Part shown: positions 38,248-50,935 of the stretch, piece after piece
Layout: the number at the start of each line of letters is the position of its first letter
How positions within the stretch are numbered: the first letter of the stretch is position 1
Assembly (NCBI GenBank): GCA_051362555.1
Contig: CM120642.1
Location: 28,458,001-28,522,000, forward strand
Source of the DNA: Lingula anatina
Lineage: Eukaryota; Animalia; Brachiopoda
Direction of reading: 5' to 3'
DNA length: 64,000 nt
The notes under the pieces: generated by a model
What the model saw: only the letters and a program-made list of their open reading frames with translations
What the model was told of the DNA's origin: nothing
Databases searched by the model: none
Position numbers and translations under genes: made by a program

Positions 38248-39868
38248 CCTGTTGTATTTGACAAATCTGTGATGGACCTAGTTGTATTACAGGCAGTTTC
38301 ATTTCATATAAACTACGGCAGAAAGCAGTGGACTTTTTCCTGCAGAAAATCCTTCATTTTGCACTTTAAAGATGTATATAACTGATATATTGACATTAAT
38401 CATCAATAAATCATCAAGCTAGATGTGTGATGTGTGGCCTCTTAACGTTCAGGGGCTCAACCATATTGAATACATGAAAAAAGAAACCCTTTACAGCATT
38501 ATATATATGTATGTATAGCATAATCCATATGGCTTTATTTATATTATCTGAACATTTTTGTGAAATACTTTATGCAAATATTAAAATGCCTTACATTTTC
38601 ACATGATATGCAGAAAGATTATAGATATCTACATGTTCTCCAATAAATGTTCTCTGTTGATACAAAAATAGGTCGTCTTTGTAACTGTCATCCCATAGAA
38701 GGTGTACCCATTCTGAAGGTTGTAGGAGGTTTATACTCTTCATAAACCTTCCAATACCACAGCTACTATAAATTGTAAATAATTGGAAAAAAAAGTTTGC
38801 CATGCTCAGGTGCCGTCATGACTAGCACCTTCCTGAAAAACTAATCTGGCTTTTTTAAATAGCGAGTATCTTGAAAAGTTTTGCCCAAAAGGTGCAAGAT
38901 ACAACAAATATATGCATAAACAAATAATTGTTGCATTTTTGGTATTACATTTACCTTGCCTTGAAACTGCTATTACGCACCAACTGGATAACATTAAACA
39001 TCCCCTGGGAGGCTCTTTAAAATGCTTGAATACAACCCCAAAAGGCAAAAATAAAGAAGATTAAAGGCAAATACTTTCAGGCAAACATTAACAAATTTTC
39101 ATGATAACAAGAGTAACAAAATGTGTCACAGTTGAGACATTAATTATATATTTATAAGTAAATGTGATTCTGCAACTATGTTAATTAGTTTCAACTAATT
39201 CTATGTTAATTAGTTTCAACTAAAATGGATGTCTGAACTCACATTTAGTATATGCACATAAAAAGAACTTAAACTATACCACATGAAAGAGTGGAATGAC
39301 CTGGTGCTTTTCACATTACTTCAGAAAATGAAAATTTAGTTTCTACAGTTTTGTACATCAGAATCTTCTAACTTTTTATTACAATTCAAGAGGTAACAAC
39401 CCCTACTTAGCCCAAATTATAAGGTTAAAAGAAATGTGGTTTACAGTATCTGTAAAAATACAAATGAACAATGTGGTATTTTACATACTACTGGTCCGCT
39501 CTGTAGTAAGAGTATAAAAATTGTTCAGTTGTAAATAATAAATGTCATAAGATTTTCCCTGAACAAATTTTTAAATGATATGTATCTGAATACAATAATT
39601 TGATATCAAATAGTTTTAAGTTGCCATCAGGCTGGAGTAAGTATCAAATATAAAACCAGACTGTTTTGATGATCATCATGTGCTGGCAATTTACAAAAAC
39701 TGTCTTTAAAATAAATAAAGGGTTTTGGGAATAAAATGTTTACAACTGCAGCATTAGCTGTGCTGGCAGCATGAGATGGAAACTGCTGACAAGCTGGACA
39801 GGCATTTGTAGAAGTCCATAATACAAGAGGTAGGTGGTATGTGTGATTATTTTAGGCTACATCAATCC

Positions 39869-41316
39869 TCAGCTGTGTTCACTTGCTAGGCTGGTTGGCA
39901 AGAGGTGAGGATTTTCAGCTGCAATAGGAAAATAATAATCTTAATTACATAAATAAATGCTCAATTTTGATAGGTCTGACCAAATGTCACAAAGACAATA
40001 CAGTGTATGTCTGTGTGACTGGTTACCATGAAAAAGTACTTATCTAGTTATAAACTAAAACATACTTGGAAAAATACATTTGCCATTCCCAAGGAGGTTA
40101 TTTTTTGGTTCTATTTGTGTGTTTATCTATAAGCAACAAGGCGTAAGAGTTGCAGGCAGATTTTGATAAAATTTTCACAAACTGCTTAGTTGGAGGGTAC
40201 CAAGTTACAAATAATTATGATGAATTGATTGATCAATAGTTAATTATCACTATTTGTCTGTATGTCTATTTACAACAATTATACAAAAAGTTGTGGGCAG
40301 ATTTCAGTCAAATTTTAGGACAGGTGAGAAGTATGTGGACTATATTAATCCATTAATTAATCAGATAATCAATGATATAATAAATAAATAATAATAATAA
40401 CAATAATGAGAATTGACATAACATATTAGTTAATTAATAACTGATAATAATTTTTAATTATTCCTCAAATGGTCTTCTGGCCTCACACCTATCACAAGTG
40501 CTCTCCTCCTTTCATATTCCTCATTCAAATGTCTGAGTAGAAAAAGTTGTGAACCTTCCTTAAGTAGAGCTTGGCACAGATGGTAATAAGCACTGGGGCC
40601 TCTTTTCTGCAGTATATCCAGAAACTTCCCCGCCTGTGAACTCGGTGTCACTTCATGGTTGATCTCAGCACAGTCATCTTCAGACAACATATTCACACTG
40701 CGTAGGTAAGCGTAATGCCTTTTTGGCTGCAAGTTTTTACAAAGCAAGGGGCGGCTTTCTTCCAAAATCTGAAAAATGAAAGTTTGTTACTTTGCTGTTA
40801 TTTGACATTCAAGTGAATATATCAGTTTAATACCTTGCTGAATAATTTTGATATAAAAGTCACTTAATTATTTTTTTTTTTGTTTTCTCTGTTAAGTCTT
40901 TTACAAAGTCATATAGAGTAGCATGTACATGTCTTATACTATACAAATGAATGTACTAATCCTACATGTAGTGTATATACATGTGTATATTACAATTCAA
41001 CAGTGTGATTTCAGTTGAAACTACTACTGTAGTACATGTACCAGTACATTGTACCTGTACGTACAGTACATCAATGTACACACTAAAACATTCTGTACAT
41101 AATAACAGTGCACATGCATATTAAAGACTTCACTCATGGCTGAAACAATCACATATTTTGTGTTACCAAGAACGCACTGACATAACATATATACATGTAC
41201 TGTATGTACTAGAACTTCGAGATCACCTGTAACTTGACGTGATACAACAGGTTGTCCAGCGACACAGAAGGGTCGAATTTCGACATCTCATTCACCTGTC
41301 TGCTGTCGGTCCGCAT
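39869..41316 (-). CDS. BCL10: BCL10-like CARD adaptor; exons about 41227-41316, 40489-40768, and a short terminal exon 39869-39918
   Basis: VKLQ|ILEESRPLLCKNLQPKRHYAYLRSVNMLSEDDCAEI...AGKFLDILQ...EGSQLFLLRHLNEE aligns by eye to the BCL10 CARD (LENLRVYLCEKIIAERHFDHLRAKKILSREDTEEI...AGKLLDYLQ...EKTQNFLIQKI). Start codon and last exon are uncertain. Confidence 0.75.
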
Positions 41317-42026
41317 GCCCCGTTGAGTCCTTGCCGAATCTCCGAATCTCCAAGTGCAACGGTTTTCACTATACTGGCCAGAAGCCGCTACACATTTTTT
41401 TGCCACTGAGCTCAACCTGACCGACCTGACACAGTTCTTGATGACCTCAAATCTCAATATTTATATTTTAATATTTAAGCAGAAGGCCTTATCCAGGACG
41501 TCTCGTTAGCTGGGCGCGTTTTAATATTTCGTATTCATAAATAATATTGTCATTTTATCAAAAGAAACCGGTAATTTAATCGCTTATATCAATCCGATAC
41601 CCCCTGTACGTCACTTCCTTCTCCAGGGTTCTACAGTATATATGCAGTGGTATATATGGTTCATTGTCTCTATTTCCGGCAGGGGAATAAATAAGCTCAC
41701 GGAATGCCGTTTAAATGCATTTCTTAGACTTTATATAATGAAAACTACTGTTTTACTCGGGTTAAGATAAAGTACACACGTACGCCCCAGCTGCAATATA
41801 TGACAACAGGATCTAATGTTTGTGTGAAAAAGTGATTGCAGCAGATGTGATGATGTCGCACCTGCAGCATCGATGTGATAAAAAATTTATTTCACAGCAA
41901 AAAAGAGTTATAATATTGAATAATCAAAAAATTGTTTTCAGTATATATCTGACCAGTACCTTTATGAGTTAAACAGAACGACAAACGAATTGAAAATTCA
42001 TGGGAGATGAAAAATTGAAAAAGATT

Positions 42027-42108
42027 CGCAGTCGACAGGATTCGAACCTGTGCGGGGAGACCCCAACAGATTTCTAGTCTGTCGCCTTAACCACTCGGCC
42101 ACGACTGC
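42027..42108 (-). tRNA. tRNA-Ser(AGA)
   Basis: GCAGTCGTGGCCGAGTGGTTAAGGCGACAGACT-AGA-AATCTGTTGGGGTCTCCCCGCACAGGTTCGAATCCTGTCGACTGCG: 82 nt, paired acceptor stem, long variable arm, A and B boxes, downstream T-run. Confidence 0.96.
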
Positions 42109-42420
42109 TCAGACAGTGATCATGGGAGAATTTGTTGACCTGTTGAATGAGAATGCGTATTTAAGGGCGGATGTTGATAAAAATCTCAGTGTCTGAAAAC
42201 AAATCATTTTAGATGAATAAACTGAGAATCTGTCCAGTTAATTATGACTATTGTGATCTCAGTGTATTTAATTCAATATAATTTGTTGAGGTTTATATTG
42301 TTTCGAAAAAAAAAGCTTTAAATTTAGGCCTACGCACTGCGCAGTCCTTCTATATACGATAGTACTCTCGACTCTCACAGTACCTAACTGATTGGTTAGT
42401 CAACCCAATGGCGGTCAACC

Positions 42421-42454
42421 CAAGGAAATAAATGTGTCTAGATAAACTTCCTTG
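42421..42454. mobile_element. 34-bp P-element-like excision footprint
   Basis: GTCAACC-CAAGGAA...TTCCTTG-GTCAACC, a 7-bp TSD around inverted ends. Confidence 0.7.
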
Positions 42455-42626
42455 GTCAACCTGAACACAGACGATAACTACTTCTATGGTCCTATATAAC
42501 AATAGCAAATGCTTCTCTACCTTTTAGGCCTATAATTCTGTCCTCTTTAGTTTATATCTAAGCTTGGGGCCTATATCTTTGTATTATCTGTGTGAAATTA
42601 ATCAGACAAGTTGTGAGAGACGTACG

Positions 42627-42877
42627 CAGGGGCGGAGCTAGGATTACTTGAAAGGGGGGCAGGTCTGTAGCCAGCAATTTCAAAGGGGGAGGGGAGTCTT
42701 TTTCTATTAAGTGGACCTTTTACCATAAAATCCTCGATCATGTAGGCTTACCTAAATAAAATTTTACCCAGAGTGGACCTTTTCCCAGCAAAAATTTAGG
42801 GTGTTCCTTTAAGAAACCGAAGACGGGGGGGGGGGGGGGGGGGGGGACTCCTTGACCCCCCCCTGAATCCGCCCCTG
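42627..42877. mobile_element. MITE with CAGGGGCGG termini
   Basis: CAGGGGCGGA...TCCGCCCCTG. Internal GTGGACC motifs are shared with the small elements near 37610-37780 and 54621-54746. Confidence 0.65.
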
Positions 42878-44792
42878 AGACGATATATAAGATTCCGTTA
42901 AATGCAGCAAAAACTGAGGTTATTTGGTTTTCTAACTTTTGTGTACACCACAGTCTTTCTCCTGCCTCCTTCCTCTATCTCTCTATCTCTCTCTCTTTCT
43001 CTACTCGTTGTTCCACAAGAAAAAAAAATACATGTAACGTTTTTCTACATTTTTGGATTTTCTGGGGTAATTCACGATTAATTTGATTTCGTACCACACG
43101 ATAAGCTTTAAGGACAGTTGCTACTTTTAGAAGTAGGCCTACACATTTCAGAAAAAGAAAAAAATAGGCTAAATTTAAGATAATCTAATGAGCGTTTGAT
43201 TTCTCTCTATCTCTCCCTCTGTTCTGAGTAAAAAATCAATAACATTCTACTCCGCTTTCCTTCAGTCCACGTACCTTCATAAACTACCGATTACATTTAA
43301 AGTAAAAGTTCATATTTCTCGATCAAAACCATTCCATTTTCGTTGCTGTTGATAAAGGCCTAGCTATATAGATGTCTCTGAAATAGTCATCAAATGTTGA
43401 AGCTTTATTTCAACTCCATTGGTCCCGCAACCCAAATGATAGACCCTATGTATTATAAATTCACTGTTATCATTTCATAATTTCTACAGTTACATGTAGG
43501 TCTATACACTGGGTGGCTCGCTCCTCTGTGGACTGATATACAATTATCGTAAAGAGAATTAGTCAGACTTCTATAACTGTTCCAAATCAATTTTATTACA
43601 AATCTATGTCAAAATGACCTAGGAAGATATGAATAATCGATAACTTTCCAGACCATCGTCAGTTCAGCAAGGGGATGGATACAACATGAATTCCTATATA
43701 TAGGCCTAGACCTCTACTTTTGCCTTTTCTCTCGAACTTTTTTTTTTTTGTCTAAGTAATAATAAACGTAAATCTGACGCACGGCGGCCATTACATATTT
43801 GTATCACCTCTCATTCCACTGAAATAGACCTACATGTGATTCATGGAGAAATTGCCATATATCCCGTCAATTCTAAGAAAGTAAGATCATATATTTCATC
43901 GAAATATTGATCGACACTTTTAGAGGAAAGACGGCATTAATTCAACCTGACAAAAAAAAAAATGGTCCATTGATAATATTCGGACCGGATTTGTGACGGG
44001 ATGTAACACGAGATGCGCAACGTCAGGCTTCAGTGGTCAGGCATGAGCCACATCTCACTTGTCACCGACTTGTAGGCCTACCCTGCAAACAGGTCATCAT
44101 GCATCACGTAGCGTCCACCAGTTTATAAATGTGATTATCATCACACATCATCTGAAGTCATTCTTTATTTATAACGACAGAGTCGATCTGTTATTCAGTT
44201 AAATCCAACTAAATATCTCACGGGACTTCTGTTCTCCGAAAACAGAGGCTTTATGCTGTAACTTCGTCAGGAAGATCTGTAACGGTATGAATATGACGTC
44301 AATATGACGTCAAGTGACTCAATGAATTATCGAATAGAATGATTTTCATTTCATTTTCTTGTAATAATCTGTAATCAGTCTTTCCTAAAAACGCAAAATT
44401 AGTTATCGGGATATACTTATCGCTGTTTGTAGCAACAAATAACCTTAAGTTCACCGTTTAATCTACACTTATCTTTGTCCGTTTGTGTAACTTCACTTCA
44501 GATAAATCATATTTGATTATGGTTAATACTGTTAGTACATAAACAAAACAAACTGCTTTGGGATTGTCAATCAAAATTTAATTATCTTCTGTATAAAAAC
44601 ATATCAGTATGAAATTTATCTTGAATATAACTGCCAGTATTGCACAATTTACAAGTCTACATAGGCCTACAGACAGACAGGCTATAAATCACGCAAAATT
44701 TCCGGAGTATGTAATAGTTTCAAGCTGTCCATTTGACGGTAGTGGTAGCATTTTTTCCTTCTTGAGCAGTTAATATACATGTGAATAACGTA

Positions 44793-44824
<32 letters not shown>

Positions 44825-45354
44825 AAACTAAAATTACAATATTTGCGACAGAAATGCATTGAAATGTTGCTCGAATGTTCAATCTGTGAAAGGAATGCAC
44901 TTCACCATTTGTTGACTACAGTCACAGGAATGCCTCGCACCAGTAACGGCACCCGTAACAAGCTAAAAGCGACATATCGGCCAAACACGTCGACGCGGGC
45001 TGTGCACTTTGTAGCGTGTGTGGCACTGTGGTTACTGTCACAGATGTCCACATTGCCTTCCTGTCTGCCATACCTCGGCCTAATGACACCTGGATCATCG
45101 GAACAGAAGCCGATGGGGTTGGTAGGAACAGTAGTTGATCATCGGATGTGGAAACCTCCCATTTCCATTGCTACTCTTTCCACCTTCAGCGAAACTCGCA
45201 CGCCGGTGCTCTTTTCTCTTAAGAAAGCCCAACTGTCTCATATAAGTCTCCTGTCAGTATGAAGTAACTTTATATCACCTGGAGTCGCCTGAGACCACTT
45301 TTTACATAAATGTTCTGTCATATAACGTCCGTATGTCGGAGCACTCCCTCTTTC

Positions 45355-48305
45355 TCATAGGTACAGCATTGTGGTGGTGACAACCTGACCGTCTGCTTCA
45401 GCCGGCATGGAGAAGACGCGCGCGGCTCTGGAGGCACCGCGTCTTACGGCTTTGGCGGCGTTCCTCATCTGAAAATAAGATTGATTTTATTAAATACTTT
45501 ATGGTTTATAATATAGTTTTACGACAAGATTCAATTCATATTTTTTTCTAAAATGTTCTCTTTGAAATCATGTCTGTACTTACAGCGATGTTGAAAATAA
45601 GCAAACATCATCAGTTTACCATATTAAAAAAGACCAAGGTAGATGTGATAGGCCTATATCTAACCAGACCAAGGTAGATGTGATAGGCCTATATCTAACT
45701 AGCTTTTCTGCAAGGGCACAGGGACAGGGAGGAAAATCTATTTGGTCGTTTACATCTAAATTTGATAGGACCTGTGGACATATCCCCTTCTAAAGAGTTG
45801 CCCCCCCCCCCTCCCAACTGTACTTGTAAGAGCTGCTTTTGACGTAATGGATAAAAGCCTCTGTGTAGGATTCTGATATAACTTAATTTGAAATGGATTT
45901 CGTCTAAAAACCATATAAAATGAGAGTCCAACAGGGAAATCATTTGGCCGCCAGCAGCATTACAAGCTAGGGAGAAAAAGGGGTCACCGTCCCTTATTTC
46001 AAAACACTCTGAAAGAGGTGAAGACAAAGCATATGGCACCTGCCGATAAATCTATTTTGTGCATCAACAATAATGGCTTAATAAACACACCGGGTTAAAT
46101 AGGTAAATAAATTTGTAAACAAACCAAACCAAAAATGCCATAATCATACGTTGTTTACGTTTAACCTGCGTCAAAGACATGGGGTGCGAATAAGAGCAAA
46201 CATTGTTCAAAACACCACCAATACAGTCGGTTTACTTTGGGTTTCTTCTTACAACAATAACGCAGGTTTTGTACAAGTTCCTTTCTAGAATAGTTGCCCA
46301 AAGAGCCATGAAATTTGCCCTCAGTCAAAACTGACTCAGCAGCGTGACAGCAGTATACCAAGCGCGCTCCTAAATAATTTAGTTCCGTAAATATCAGTTG
46401 TATTATCATATACATGTATTAGTATCAAGGCATTATTATTATTATTGGATCGAAATCTGATCAACTGAACATTACATGCAAAAGGCAGATGCAATCACCA
46501 AGCCCCGGGCGAGAATAAAGTATCTTATCTATCTCAATTCATAAGAAGCGTGAGCGTAAACAAATGCAAAATCATACCTCAAGTTGACTTTAACTTCTAG
46601 AGGTATTAATTTGCATTTGTCTACGCCCAAGTCAAGGCACGAAAAATATATCTGCACAACGCGTATCCCCCATTCTCCAAACCCTGGTTGTTATTTTTTT
46701 TTCCTTTCTAAATAAATTTAGAAAGAAATATTAATTCTAAGAAGGAGTGGGCAGATACTAAGGCAAACTTGGCCCATGATGTAGCAATATAATAATCACA
46801 TAGTTAAAATCCTAAACATACTCATATTCCACAGAAGTTTATGATCAACAAGATCCCGTAGGTAAACAAAGGGTCATGTGTATCCCTGATGCGAATTCTA
46901 ATCCTGCAGGAAATAAAACGCAGTCTTCCAGCTAAAATGTCTGTCAAGCGACCCGTACATTTCTGATCAATATCTATAATTGTGAAACCAGACTCATTCA
47001 CGTATTGGAGGCTTGAATAAACACACAACCGGCATACTGCCCTATTGTTGCGTATATAAATTATAGTGACTGGACGGGTAAAGGCTTGTTAAAGTTCAGC
47101 TCGTGATAATGGACCATATAAAGACACCTGTGTGCACGGGAGTCCACATATACCTATGTAGTTACCTCAGTATGGGCCATTTTATTTTGCATTTTGGCTA
47201 ACAGGATTTTAAATCGTGATGATGCGTCCTTGAGAACCGTTGTCCATTTTTCTGTGTCATCGCGATAGTACCAAGTATTGCCTCTCAACTTTGAATTTAA
47301 AATTCAAATCATGCTTAGGACAATTTTGAAGAAATGTATATGCAGTTGCAGTGTTTTAATCTGTAGGCCAGACACTGTATTCTATTTCAAATTCCCACCA
47401 GATAAAAATGTGGGCAAAACAGATAAAAGTTTGACTGCATTGGGGTTTGCGGCGCTGAATGATTTATAAAGTCCTCAATAGGTTCTTTTAATTATGGCTG
47501 TAGTCTGTAAAATTACATCAAAAACACATGCATAAAACATGTATATCGCTGTTATCTTTCTAAGATTGTGTCTACCTCTGCATTCAGCCCTCATGTTATC
47601 TATGTGCCTGGGGATGAAATAATTAATTACTGAGTCTTCAGTCATTTTATATTCACTTTCTCTGGGGCCGGTTTGAAAACTCCAGATACCACATTATTTT
47701 CCACTTACGCTAAACGAGACCAAACTATTTTCTGTTACATCTACTAACGTTGATTAGACAGTGGTGGCATGAGAATGGATTCAATGTCACGCTCGCAAAA
47801 TGCGCGATCTTGTAGAAAAACAGTAGGCCTTATATACGTCACACAATGAAAAATTGCCACCTTTCAATTCATCATATGCATATGATTTGTGTTCTGAACT
47901 TCCAACAATCATTTTGGCATCTTTTTGAAAAAAAATTGAACGAAACTTCCTTCTATTTGGCAGTTGATATTAGAAATACCATATGAGATGGGGTGAGATG
48001 TGCCTATTTTTGTAACGTTCATATTTCATAATATTTTAGCGTAACACGAATGTCTCAGGCCCCGTTGACTAGGCCCATTTCTCTCTGAATGCTCATTTGG
48101 CCAGCCATAGTATACAACAACAGACCCAAGCCCTAACATACAGGTGAACCTTGTGATGCGATATGATATGCCCGCCTCGACTCACCCTAACTCTCCATCT
48201 CTTCTCTTTCTTCTCGGGTTTTACGTTATACGTAAACGTCTCCTTTACCCCCGAGTCCGTGTCCTCTACGTGTACATAGAACAGCGTCTCCTTCTCTTTC
48301 TTCAT
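45355..48305 (-). CDS. Putative small orphan two-exon gene (55 or 89 aa depending on the donor used)
   Basis: Exon MKKEKETLFYVHVEDTDSGVKETFTYNVKPEKKEKRWRVRVSRGGHIISHHK has donors at 48149 and 48141. A strong acceptor TTATTTTCAG at 45469 opens GC-richer sequence MRNAAKAVRRGASRAARVFSMPAEADGQVVTTTMLYL*. Confidence 0.4.
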
Positions 48306-48978
48306 GTTATAGCCTTGGTTAACTACACTAGAAATAGTGCCCCGTCTGTTAAGTACCCCGCGCAGTGGCTAGTTCAGTAATTGTGGTCTTTTGTCACCGT
48401 GTTAACCTGACCCCAGCTTTAACGTGAGCAGTCCGTGGTAGATGTAAACAAAGACCTCGTGGTACCGTGTGCATGTAGGTCACGTGGTCTATGCCTTAAC
48501 GTCATCAGCACAAAATGTGTTCCACTGACGATTAAATAATCAAACTAATGTAAGTTTACAGTTTCACTCCTTTGATAATTTATTTGGTTTATTTGGTTTA
48601 ATAGGTGGCGTCGTGAAAAAAGCAGGATGCACACTTTCGTCTGTGCAAAGAAGTAGGCCTACCGGTACGCAGTACTAAAATAGTTCAGGGGATTTTTTTT
48701 GGGGTAAATGCAGTTTGAGACGGTCTTGATTCGGTTTCATGTTTTAAGTAATGATATTTATGATATGCTTTGAAAACACTACTGTTCATAGTACTCATGT
48801 GATATTGAAAAATATAATGTCATTTTACATATAAGAATGTTCTCAAATGTATTTTCTTGGTAAAAAATCGGAAAAATAGGGTAATATATTCATGAATATG
48901 CTGAATAGGGGAACTCCATGGGCTTTATTTAATTTAGGGACTTTCCATCATTATCTTTTTTGAAAACAAAAAATAATC

Positions 48979-49671
48979 ATGGCTATGTTGCAGGGAGAAG
49001 AAACATTATTCATAAGCTCTCTAATGAAACGTATGAACAGTTTTGTATCAGCAACTGTAGCGACGATAACAGCCAACGTCTCCAATGCTCTTAGTAGTGT
49101 CAACAGGTGCCGCGTTAGACGGTATGCTGATGCGATCCTGAGATCGGAGACGGAACATACAACCAGATGCACAAGTATAAACAATTTAAGAGAACTTCAT
49201 CAAAATTTATCCGACATTGTTGAAGTACATTCGAGACAATCTGAGAGACAAAGGGGCACGGTGATCATTGTGAACGGACACGACTGCAGAGATGAAGTGG
49301 TCAGTGTTGGATCAGAAGAGATGCCTCGGACAGCATTTATAGATCAGTTGGTGAAGAAAGTGTTAATTGGTCGCACATCTGGTGCCATCTGGATTATTTT
49401 GGCCATGTGTCACGGCCACCATGGGGTGGAGCAGAGGGCGACTGAATCCAAGAACTTGGCGTCCAAAGATATAATAGTGACCTTTAATGAAACAGATGAC
49501 AGCGATGGAAAGCCTTATTCAGTGACGGGTGTAGAAGATGATGTGGGCCTTGGTTGGACGGAGATGGACCAAGAAGAAAACCACGAAGATCAATGGAGTT
49601 TTGTTGAAGCTGCCCATGAAATTGAAGTAGGGCTTTTACCTTTAACGAATTTGCTTTTAAACATATTTTAA
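48979..49671 (+). CDS. Uncharacterised 230-aa ORF, possible caspase-hemoglobinase (clan CD) fold
   Basis: Long open frame in an AT-rich background. VIIVNGH (H101) and IWIILAMC (C144) form hydrophobic-strand-His and strand-Cys motifs. Confidence 0.6.
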   Translation: MAMLQGEETLFISSLMKRMNSFVSATVATITANVSNALSSVNRCRVRRYADAILRSETEHTTRCTSINNLRELHQNLSDIVEVHSRQSERQRGTVIIVNGHDCRDEVVSVGSEEMPRTAFIDQLVKKVLIGRTSGAIWIILAMCHGHHGVEQRATESKNLASKDIIVTFNETDDSDGKPYSVTGVEDDVGLGWTEMDQEENHEDQWSFVEAAHEIEVGLLPLTNLLLNIF

Positions 49672-50129
49672 AATGAATTATCATCATGTCAACATGAAAG
49701 GTACATCGTTGGAGCGTGACTTTCCAGTAAGGCCACACTTTTTTATTTTTATAGATGACATCCTGCCCGCCCACCGATTTTCGTCCATTCTCCAAAATAA
49801 ATAAATAAATAAATAATCCCCCCCCCCCCCCCCCCCCCATCGAAGTCGGTTGTCGCAAACGTCGTTATTGAATTTGCAGGAAAATGAGCTTTCTGCGCAT
49901 GCGTATTACTGCCACGTGGAAATATGGCCGCTGTGCCATCAAATTCATCTCTAGGATTACTTTCAAATTACAGGACAATTAATTATATCATATATTATTA
50001 TATAAAGAGAACGGGGCCGTCGTTTTGGATTGTTATGCAATTGATATTGGGCATGGAGATATCCACTTTTTTTACAATTAGCGGCCAGCAATTATCGCCC
50101 GGAAAATTTCAGTGACATTCTGTCCAAAT

Positions 50130-50368
50130 CTCAGATCTAATATACCATGAGCCGAGGATTGCCGATTGCGGCGGCGCTGGGGGCCGCCATGTTGGAATAC
50201 TCACTTCCGTCCCGCTGCCGTATATGATCTAGTGCTGACAATGGGGATTAAAATTAAGCCCGGCTATCAAAACAACTTAAGGGGAACAATAGAGCAATGT
50301 TTACCCGTGCGAACGTCTGGTCAAAAGGAAAATGCCGCTGTCCAATCTTTCCGTTTATTAGATCTTAG
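50130..50368. mobile_element. Nested 239-bp MITE with 7-8 bp TSD
   Basis: TIR CT(C/A)AGATCTAATA. GTCCAAA is duplicated at the flanks; the sister element has a single GTACAAA at this site. Confidence 0.75.
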
Positions 50369-50664
50369 GTCCAAAGCAGCACACCAGGTTTTTTTGTAGC
50401 GAAAAAAGGGTCTACAGGGCGTCGAGGTATTTGGTGGGTTGTTGGTCGGTCAGGCCACCCGACAGTTTGGCTGCTTCGTGTGAGCAAGGAGTTATAACAG
50501 AAAGAGATTACACGCAAGCCTTTCTATTGTCCGATGTCTGTTACGGTGGGCGGAGCTAGCTACGGGGGGCCTCCAGTCTCAAGGTAAATTTCGTCTGCGT
50601 CGCTCTCCTCAGCTTGGAGATAAATTTCATATGCGTTATTTCGCGTTAGAATTCGAGATCAGTA

Positions 50665-50935
50665 ATGTCAAAGCGCCGCTGTATGCTGACGATTTTTTTC
50701 ACAGCTAGGTAATTATTTGGACGATGTGCTGGAAGGGAACGATATCATAGAAAGCGATTATAAGGTGGTGACTGAGGATGGTCGCCATGAGCTTTTTTTA
50801 GTCGGTGATAGATGGCTTTTTTATGGCACAACCCGGTGAAAAATCACCAAGGAGAAGTCAAAAGAAAACGTCCCAACTGTGGTTTGTGAAAATGACATTC
50901 AAGTGAACGTCTGTCCTCACTGCCAAAGGACATAA
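50665..50935 (+). pseudogene. Degraded small ORF inside the P-like element
   Basis: NYLDDVLEGNDIIESDYKVVTEDGRHELFLVGDRWLFYGTTR*KITKEKSKENVPTVVCENDIQVNVCPHCQRT*, with one in-frame TGA and a frameshifted 5' end. Confidence 0.4.

Noticed and set aside
44843-45262. 139-aa plus-strand ORF
   Set aside because: No recognisable motif, and the splice signals favour a minus-strand exon here.
45631-45699. Exact short tandem duplication (similar cases near 39175, 44290 and 58790)
   Set aside because: Ordinary slippage duplications with no sign of function.
45700-46054. Possible Academ-like MITE with TAG termini
   Set aside because: TIRs are too degenerate and there is no TSD.
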